A stretch of DNA of 64,000 nucleotides. It comes from Moniliella sp. 'wahieum'. Its lineage: Eukaryota. The notes beneath the pieces were generated by a model. That model searched no databases and was not told the origin of the DNA. It worked only from the letters and a program-made list of their open reading frames with translations. Positions 55,631-64,000 of the stretch are shown in pieces. The translations under genes were made by a program, and so were the position numbers. Positions within the stretch are counted from its first letter, which is position 1; every line of letters begins with the position of its first letter. The DNA lies in the NCBI GenBank assembly GCA_003971905.1, contig RSEE01000077.1, positions 186,001 to 250,000 on the forward strand, read 5' to 3'.

Positions 55631-56817
55631 AAGTGATACGTAGTATTACTAGTGGTGGAGATGATGATAAGCCAGGTTGCGGTATATTGGTAGCCACCGC
55701 GTTGGATCTTGATGCTGTCCGTGCGAAGGGCAGTGTCACATGTCATGTGGCCCGGGCGGCGTTGCAGCGCGTTGGACGTTGGAGTGGGTACTATGGCTAT
55801 GACAAAGATCAAGCGGCGAGCGAGATGAACCTGGGCCTGATCGATGATGCTGTGGATGGATGGCTGAAAGTACGATTGCGATTGGTAATAGGGAGCAGCG
55901 CTAGCCTGTCGAGGGTCGAGTGTGACATGTGAGGCCGTCGAGGATGAGCAGGGCGAACGTTGGGCGTTGAGGCTGGGACGCGTGCCATCTGTAGAGAGCC
56001 AGAGAGGCGCGCGAAGGGGCACTTATTAGTTGCTGGCACAGCCGCGTACTGCTCCACTGGGCACTGACGCGGGGTCGGGTCAAATTCAACGCGAGATGGG
56101 TGGGCGGCAGGGAGGGGAGAGAAGACAAGGCAGGGCAGCGCGTGCTGTGGATGGGATGTGGGAAGGATGTGGAGAGGACCTGGGAGAAGATCTGGGATGG
56201 GATGGGGATGGGACCGATGAGGTTGGCGACGGCCATGGGCTGAGAGGCCGAGTAGACCAGCAAGCGACACAGCGGAGACGCGGCCAGAAGAAGGACAGGT
56301 GGTGCAACACTGGCGCCGGGGGGGGACCCACCTGCCGAAAGTGGCCAGATGCGCGGAGGCGGGCACGGGGGCAGTGGCGGGGGGGGCGCAGGGCGCCAGT
56401 GCGGGTGGTGGCGTTGGCTTCGCGGGGCTTGCGGCGCCTGGGAGCAGTGGCGAGTCCTGGGAAGCGCAGCCGCGCGGCTGCAGCCTGCCGGCTGGTGTGC
56501 GGCGGTGAGCTGGCGGGCGCCGTCGTGCGCTGTCGTGCGCGTGCTGCGGTGTGCTGTCCTGTGCTGGCCTGCGCTGTCCTGCGCGGCCTGCGCCGCGCTG
56601 CCCAGCGGCCGCCAGTGCGCCCCCGTGCGCGCGGGGTTGTGCGTTCTGGGGTTGGTGGCGGGGTGCGGGCGGGTGCTGGCCGGAGCGCTGCGGGCTGCTG
56701 CTGCCGGCCGCCTGCCTGCGTGCCGCCGGGCATGCAGCGCTCCTCGACAGTCCCGCCGCCGCGCGCTGCCCCCCCCCCCCAGTTTCCACCACCACCACCA
56801 CCACTTGGGCCCCGGCC

Positions 56818-59800
56818 ATGCTGCTCAAAGACGCATTCAAGTCCGGCGGCCAGAGCCTCCTCGCCCTCGGCCCCGACCGCGACCGCGACGCCCGCGATGG
56901 CATCGACCACCTCCCCACGCCAGCCGGCGCCGCCGCGCCGCCGCTGCTTCCATCGCCTCCGCCTCCCACGCTCCTGCTCCTGCTCCCGCCCCCCCCCGCT
57001 CCCCCCCCCTTCCGCCCATTCCCCTGTCCCCGCCCCCTCCGCCCCGCCGCTCCTGCATCCACGTCCTCGTCCACCCCAGCCTCCTCCTTCAGCGGCAGGC
57101 GTGACTTTGACTGGATCCGCCGCGGCACCTCCGCCTTCTCCAAAAAGAGCCGCCTCTCTGGCGCCTCGGGCCAGGGAAGCACACGCCCACCTCGGGCCCG
57201 CTGCCCAGCTCCCGCCCCGCCTCACTGGCCCCATCGTACCGCCGGCGCGCCTTCCCCCAGCGCCTCGCCCTCGAGCGTGACCCAGTCCCTCACTCCGCTC
57301 CCCCCTCGCTCTCCCTCGGCCAGCCACCCTTCCCCCACTCCGACACCTGCCTCTGCCTCTTCCCATAGCTTGGAGAAGGAGAGGCACAAGCATCATCACC
57401 ATCACCATCACACCCCCAGGCCCCTGGCAAACCCCGCACTTCCCGCCACGACTCTCACCATCACACCCGCCGTCGCAGTCAATCCACCACCGATGCTTCG
57501 CTGGCCGAGCGTGTGTCTACTGATGGCCGATGGACGATGACGACCTGTCTCCGCGTCCATCGATCACTAGTCAGTTCAACACCAGGTCCCACTCGTACCG
57601 TTCATCCAGCACCCGTTCCCCACCGCCCTCCTTCCGCTCGTCGCTCAAGGCGAGTACCGAATCGCCTCGCCCCACGCCGGTGCTTGACCTTCCGGCCCCT
57701 ACCCCCCTGGCCCCCGCGGTGGCAAAAGGTTAGCATCTGCAACCCCCTCGGCCGCTCTTCGCTTTCTCCACCCGGTACAGTCGCGGATTCTGCACACTCT
57801 TCCACCACCGCATCGACGTTAACCCACGCAGTCGTCGTGCCTCGGCCCGGGTCGCTCGTTCCCGCATCGAGCGTTCTACTGCCTTGGCGGTCGACCACGA
57901 CGAGGCAAACTATGGGGGAGGCCCTGAGTTGGATCCGAGTACGCCTGAAAGCCAGCGCCACTCGCTCACGAATTCTTCTGGCCGCAACTCCTCCCGCCCT
58001 ACCACGGGTGGATCCGGGTGGCGAGTCGAGCCGTCTGGCTTGAGTGGCGTGGCGCGCTTGCGTTCCTCTGCTCACGAAGCAGTTGCCAATGGCACGTACT
58101 ACTCGGATGCCGAACTTGAGACGAACCGCAGCGGATCCCGCGCCCCCCGTCTAGCAGTCTACGCCCAGCTCGGGTGTGGACCGGCAGTTGGGTCAAGAGG
58201 TGATCCAGAAGTGTCTCACTGGGGTGGGGCTCCCTCGGCTACAACCCTCGACTTGGCTCAGTTCGATTCCCAGGGCATCATGGCAGTCCCTACGTTTGGG
58301 CGCAGCCAGGACAGCCTTTCTTCTTCCTGTAGCTTTCATCTTCCTCCTCTTCTTCTGGCTCTGTTGATGGGGACGGTAAGACGAAACGCCTGAGTCATGC
58401 CCTTACTGAGACCGGTTCACCTCGTCTGGGCCGGGTGGAAACCACGCTCTCGGGTGATGCAACCACTCAGCCCCACGATTCGGACGAAGACGATGGTCCT
58501 GATGAGCCCGAGCACACCCTATCGAACCAGAGCTCAGCTTCGACACTGGCTCTTCGGCCGCGAGGCGGGGGCGCCCCTCTTTCTCTGCAAGCGTTAGCTC
58601 ACCCTGCTCCCCATACGGGATCTAACTTTGCGTCGCGCTTCAAGGCGGCCCGTGCCAGTACCCAAGTGGATGCCCAGGGCTTGACAGAGAAAGCTTCGGT
58701 TACCACGTTGACCGGTGCCCCTGGGTCTCTTCCTCGCCTGTCGCCCAAGGATTTCCCGCGTCTTCGATGGAGCCTTTACGCGCTTCTCTAGCCAAGCTAA
58801 TCCCGCCTCAACGGGGGGCAGAGAGCGCAGCGGAAGTCGGTCCACACGCTCCAGCATGTTGGACGAAGATGGGGTTCGCACCATGGGTATTGCTGTGGTG
58901 GGGCAGCACAAGGAAAATCGTCCGTCATCCGGAAAGGTCTTCGTCAATATGGCCTCTCGCGCCCGACGGGGTAAGCGACAGATTAAAGCCTAGCTATCCG
59001 CGGTGTCTTGGATCAGCCTACCGCGGAGAACATTCGGGTTTGGAGCTCGACTCGGCTGCGTTTGTCGCAGCCTCAGGCACAGAACTCGCTTGGCCCGCCG
59101 ATTTGGCTGACTTGGACCGTCCCGGTCACGGCAAGATTGAGGGTGCTGTTTGCTACGATGCTGGCTACTTGCCATCGCTCAAGGGTGTCCCTGAGCTACT
59201 TGGTATGTTGTTTTGACCTGCTTGTTGGACTCTTGCTGACGTATTCCTTCAGAGTTCTTCCATAGGCGCATATCCCCACTATCGTATTGGCGTGCAAATC
59301 GGACATTCCTGCCAAGGCCATCGATCCGTTTTGGTGCGCGAGTTGGCATCCAAGTTTGCCGCTCGTTGACCGAGTGCACAACTGCCTTGCTGCCGCCTGG
59401 TGCGGCTGCTGCTGGGATGGAGAGAAGAAACAAGAAAACGGTTAAGAGATGTTTCCAGTACCTGTTGCGTTCCATGAGCCAAGCTCGGGTTGCAACGCGC
59501 TGATTTGGAACTTGGGTACGCTACGGCCACCGTTCGGCACCGCCACCATCACCAGCCCAATTTGCCCTCCACCTCCACTTCTGCGGTCAAGGACACTTCT
59601 CGGCACAGGTCCGGATCTGCGTCTCAGGCTGCCTTGAGCTTACTCCTACCGCGGGCGGAGGGATGTTGGACCCGGAAGAACTGGCGCCTGCCGAACGTGA
59701 ACGGATTCAAGAGGAAGAGCAAGCTGCTGTCCTGGACCTGAGGCCCTCTCGATTTCCGATTTCCTCGCGTCCATTGCGCTCACCGGTCCTTCTTCGTCCT

Positions 59801-62118
59801 CATCTGGCTCGGAGGATGGAGAGGTGAGGGCGGATCCTGATTTGGATGGGGCGGATAGCGATGAATCTCGACCTGGTTGGTCCCGTACTTCGCCCGCCAG
59901 TCGTTTATCAGCACCGCCAGTTCTTCCATGGAACCTAGGGAGCGTGGACGCGGGGACAGCGAGGGTGCAGAAGAGGAGGATCCGACTCCGATGCTCAGCC
60001 AGGTCTCCATCCCTTCGGTGCCAGGCCAAATTGGCGGACCATCTATTCCGACCAGTGGGGCGGTCCGAGCCGCACCGTCCAGTGCAGCCGATGATGCTTC
60101 CCGGTTCCCTCTTGCTTTTGGCAAGAAGAAGGCGCGGGCCAAGGAGCCGGTGTATGTTCCCTTGCCAGATCTGTTCATCGCTTCTTCACTGCTGTCGTGG
60201 CTCACTCGGACACCGACTTCATGTCGGCCCTGCTGGTGTTCTATCGTGCTTTTGCCTCGCCCGAGTTCCTCCTTTCTGCATTTATGGCTCGGTTCAAGGA
60301 CCTGGCCGACGATGAGACTCAGTTGCCAGATGGTCTTGCTGATGCTCCGTCAAGCAAAGCGCTCGATAACCCAACTTTGGTTCACCATGCCCTCGCTCGC
60401 CTCGTCACTGTCTTCCAAGAGTGGGTCCGTCAGTTCCCCGGAGATTTTCGGCCCCCACAATGACCGACTCGCTGGACACGTTTGTCATGCGCATCAGTCA
60501 AAATCAAGCCACGACAAGTATGGTGCCCGCATTGAAATCGGACCTGCAGCTCTGCCAAACGGCTATCGACTTGGACGTGATGTGGTCCGTTGATGCGTCG
60601 GCGGCGCTCTTGGTTTCCCCCTCGACTTGGGCCGAAGTGGGAGCGTCCGAATCAGCCGCGGTACGCCATGACGCCTACCGTAACTCGGTGCTTCTCTCGT
60701 CGTCAGGCCAGAGAAGGAGGATCCGTCGACCACGTCGGCTAAGCAAGCGCTCGAAGCGCTTAGCCCCTCTGGACTTTCGATGTTGGCCCCCGCTGCTTCG
60801 ACAAGCGGAACAGCTCTTCTTCTGGTGTTGCCGACCTGGCTCCCACGAACCCCGCCTCGACTGCCCCCGTAAATGGCGTCCCTCCTAGTTTGAGGTTGAC
60901 CACGTCGGAAGCGGGCCAGCGCGCTCGCAGCTCGTCTGTTCTCACAGCCTCGTCGGGACAAGGGAGTGTGCAGTCATGCTATACCGCTGGTTCGGGCCCA
61001 TCGGAACAAGGTTCATCCAAGACTGTTGGCAAAGAGGGCGTACCGGAGGAGCAAGAAGAATTGACGGAACCACGCCCTTCGCTGCATCCCATCGTGCCTG
61101 GTGGCATCCACGGACCAATACAATGTCCTCTACCTCAACCACGGGAGCTTACTCGGTAAGCAATGCGTCGACCTCCACATCGGCCACCTCGGTCGCTGTG
61201 CCCCCGAATGGGCGATCGGATCGCCCACCGCAGGTCTCGACCTGCCTTCCGAGAAACAGTCGTGACGCTGCGGACGATATCGAATGCGGTCCTGGTGGCC
61301 GACGAGGGTGCGTTGGCGGAAGAATTGACACGGGTAGAGTGGAGCCTGTTCGCGGTGATTGGCCCACGTGATTGGTTGCGCCATGCGTTGGTCAAGCCGC
61401 GCATCGCATCCCGCACGGCTCGGTCGCTCAGAGCATCGAATTCTTCAACTACACCTCGGCCTGGGTTGCGTCATCATCCTCGCCCAACCTAAATTGAAGA
61501 CCCGTGCAAAGGCGATGGAGAAGTTGATCCGAGTCGCGGTGCGGCTGCGGATGCTGAACAATTACAACACTCTCTATGCCGTTCTGGCCGGCTTGGCCAG
61601 TACCTCGATCCATCGGTTGCGGCACACACGTGCCATCGTGCAAGAAGATAAGGAGCTGAACAAGCGTCACCTCTCTCTTGCCCGCCTTATGAAGCCCGAC
61701 CGTGCTTCGGCGGCGTATCGGTTGGCATTGGAGAATTCGACGGGTCGATTATCCCCTTTATTGGCGTGCATCTGCACGACATTTTGTCCACCGCCGATGG
61801 CAACCCATCGCGGCGTGCGTCGGATGGGGCGGTTCACTGGCGCAAGTTTGCCCTGATGCATGATGCCATCTCGACGTTAACCAAGTCCCAAAGTGCTGAT
61901 ACGAGGGCGCCGGTAGAGCACTCGGACTTGACCAGGCTCATTGTTGACGTACCCATCATGGAAGAAGACGTGCGTATCTACTCTGTCGGCGTGGTTTTTG
62001 TTGATGGGATACTGACTGACCATTATCGATGTAGGTGGCCTACCACACCTCCCTCGCCCTCGAACCCAAGTCGACAGGAGCGGCCCAGACACTTCTGCGC
62101 AAAATGCAGGGCTCGTAG
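56818..62118 (+). CDS. Ras guanine-nucleotide exchange factor (REM + CDC25 domain) with a degenerate small-GTPase-like domain
   Basis: REM DFMSALLVFYRAFASPEFLL; CDC25 LAEELTRVEWSLF, LRMLNNYNTLYAVLAGL, YRLAL, IPFIGVHLHDI, DGNPS, VHWRKF; last intron 61970-62034; stop TAG 62116-62118. Confidence 0.9.
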
Positions 62119-63494
62119 GCGTACCACCTCGCCCATACCCCTTCCCCCCTTTGTCATCTTTTGCTGCCGATCTGTGCGGTCCATATATCCCCTCTGTCTT
62201 CCTCCACCCCTTGCTTCCTTGTGTCTCCTTTCCCCCCCTCCTCCTCCTCCCCTCCTCCCCCCCTTTTTTCCTTCCCATGTCCTCCCTTGGCTTGCCCTTC
62301 CCTCCCCTTTTGCTTCTTCTCGCTTTTCTTTGACTTTTTCCTGGCGTTACCTCGCTTTCCCTGGTTTCTCCTGGCTATCCTTGGCTTCCTCGTACCCTTT
62401 CTCCTCTCTTTTCCCAGATTGGGGTAGGGAACGGGACCCCCTATGTGTTGGCCCGGGAACCCCAGATCCCACTCCCTCTGGCCACTACTGACTGGATCAT
62501 ACCACACGCTCAACATATGTTTTGATGCCGATCCCATTCCCCCTCTTAGTTGGCGTGTGAGACGCAGCCTTTGTGTACGCACCCTCTCGTGAACGCTCCC
62601 CCCCCCCCTCCCCGGCCCCACTCCCACTCTCTCTCCCACGTTTTTCCGACCGAACGACCCCCCCCCCATCTCCCCCTTTCCGACGGCTTGAACTGTCGCT
62701 CTATCCTGGCCTAGACTGCCTCACCTCACCCCCGCCTCTCTCTCTTGGCGCCCTGGCTGGTTTCACCATCCTTTGTGGTCGCTTCCTTTCATCATTCTGC
62801 TATATTCTGTCCCATGGCAGATGGGATGGAGTTGTGGAGTTGCAGTAGCTCGTGTCTGTTGTCTGTCGGTAGGCCTTTTTATGAACCTTCCTCGCCGGGT
62901 TGCACTTTTTTTCTTCTTCTTTCTTTCTCTCCCGTTCTTCTCCCCGTCCTCCCCCCACACTTGCCAGTGGTTGGGGGACCACTTTCTCTTCTCTCATGGA
63001 GCTTATTTTGACAAACGCGCGATTCCCTTGTTGGGTACTATTTCTAGTCAGCGTCAATGTGGCCTGGTAGGTTCGGGTGGTCATGTGCGCGCCGGGACTT
63101 GCGCTGGTTACCGCTGGTTACGTGAAGCCCCAGAGAGCACTGGGTAATGATTGCCGGTTACCGGGGTTGCCATTCGTGTTGGGTGGCCAAGTATGGCAAT
63201 TCCTCATGTATGGTGGTGATCCTGCTGCTTCGCCACTAGTGTGCCAGTTATTCAGGGACGCTGCCTCATTTTCCCACTGTTCTTTCTACCTGCTGCCAAC
63301 CGGCGTCGGCGTCGAATACGTCTCTGCACGGGCGGTCCCCCTGGCTACCCCCTGGCTACCGCCCCCCCTCGGTACGTGACGTGCGTCTGCACGGGCGGAA
63401 TGAGATCTGGTTGAATGGGTCCTAGAATGGTGGGGTAGTATTGATGCCGCAATAGTAGCCAAGAGTAAGGAAGAGCAGTCTGACAGGTTAGCGG

Positions 63495-64000
63495 TTAACC
63501 ATAAGGCTTAAACGAGCCTGGTGAGCCTGCTCGCGGTCCCTTGGTCGACTGAGCCGCGTGCCGACCTGCCTGCCCCAGCAGCGGCACCTGCGGCGGCGCC
63601 GCGCGACGAGCGGGAAAAGCTGGGAGAAAAGCTAGCTTCGGCCTGGTGGGAAACCGAGAGGGGTTGTTGGATCCTAGCCAACAAGGCGGATTGGACCATG
63701 GAGTTCTCCAAGGACCAGATGCATACCTTGCCATCTTCCCCTCCCGTCGTCAAGGTGCGCGTGGCTGGGTCCACATCCACACAGCGTACAATGTCCGAAT
63801 GACCTTGCGAGCGGAACGAAGGTGGTCCATTCCCCAAGCCCGACGTCTGCCCTTCGGGAGGAAGCACACCCAACAATGTCCAGCACGGCGTTTCACCTGG
63901 CCGTTCGGGCGAAGGGGCGTGGATGATAGCCGTGCCGCCCGACTGGTCGCCCGTGAAGAGTACCAGACCATCAGACAACCCTTCGATGCCAGTCTGCGAC
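63495..64000 (-). CDS. WD40-repeat protein, WDR89-like (3' part; continues beyond the window)
   Basis: GHSDIVRCVDVD-LTTGGEDGKVCIW and C-terminal FKPYG. Confidence 0.65.

Noticed and set aside
55809..57411. Several overlapping ORFs of more than 400 aa on both strands
   Set aside because: Gly/Arg/Ala/Pro-rich shadows of very high-GC DNA and of the RasGEF N-terminus.

Overview
GC-rich, gene-dense eukaryotic DNA from a fungus, most likely a basidiomycete and possibly Ustilaginomycotina (inferred from short GT-AG introns with GTACGT/GTGAGT donors and CTRAC branch sites, and from a LIP-family secreted lipase). About 15 genes are recognisable: CCR4, an ER-type FKBP, an F-box/WD40 protein, QCR9, a Zn2Cys6 factor, ISC1, a secreted lipase, a KIN4-like kinase, an ARO8-like aminotransferase, SKI3, an AP-1-like bZIP, MED16, APC4, a RasGEF and a WDR89-like WD40 protein. 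There is also an intron-containing tRNA-Glu(TTC), several hypothetical ORFs and many short tandem repeats. Almost every CDS has scattered 1-2 bp frameshifts, most simply explained by an unpolished long-read assembly, so gene coordinates are gene spans rather than clean ORFs. The most unusual signal is at 41.15-41.92 kb, inside a ~5.7 kb stretch with no recognisable protein. There, seven canonical splice donors and seven YAG acceptors on the + strand balance best as introns nested up to three levels deep (twintron-like). All assignments come from reading motifs by eye; no searches were run.
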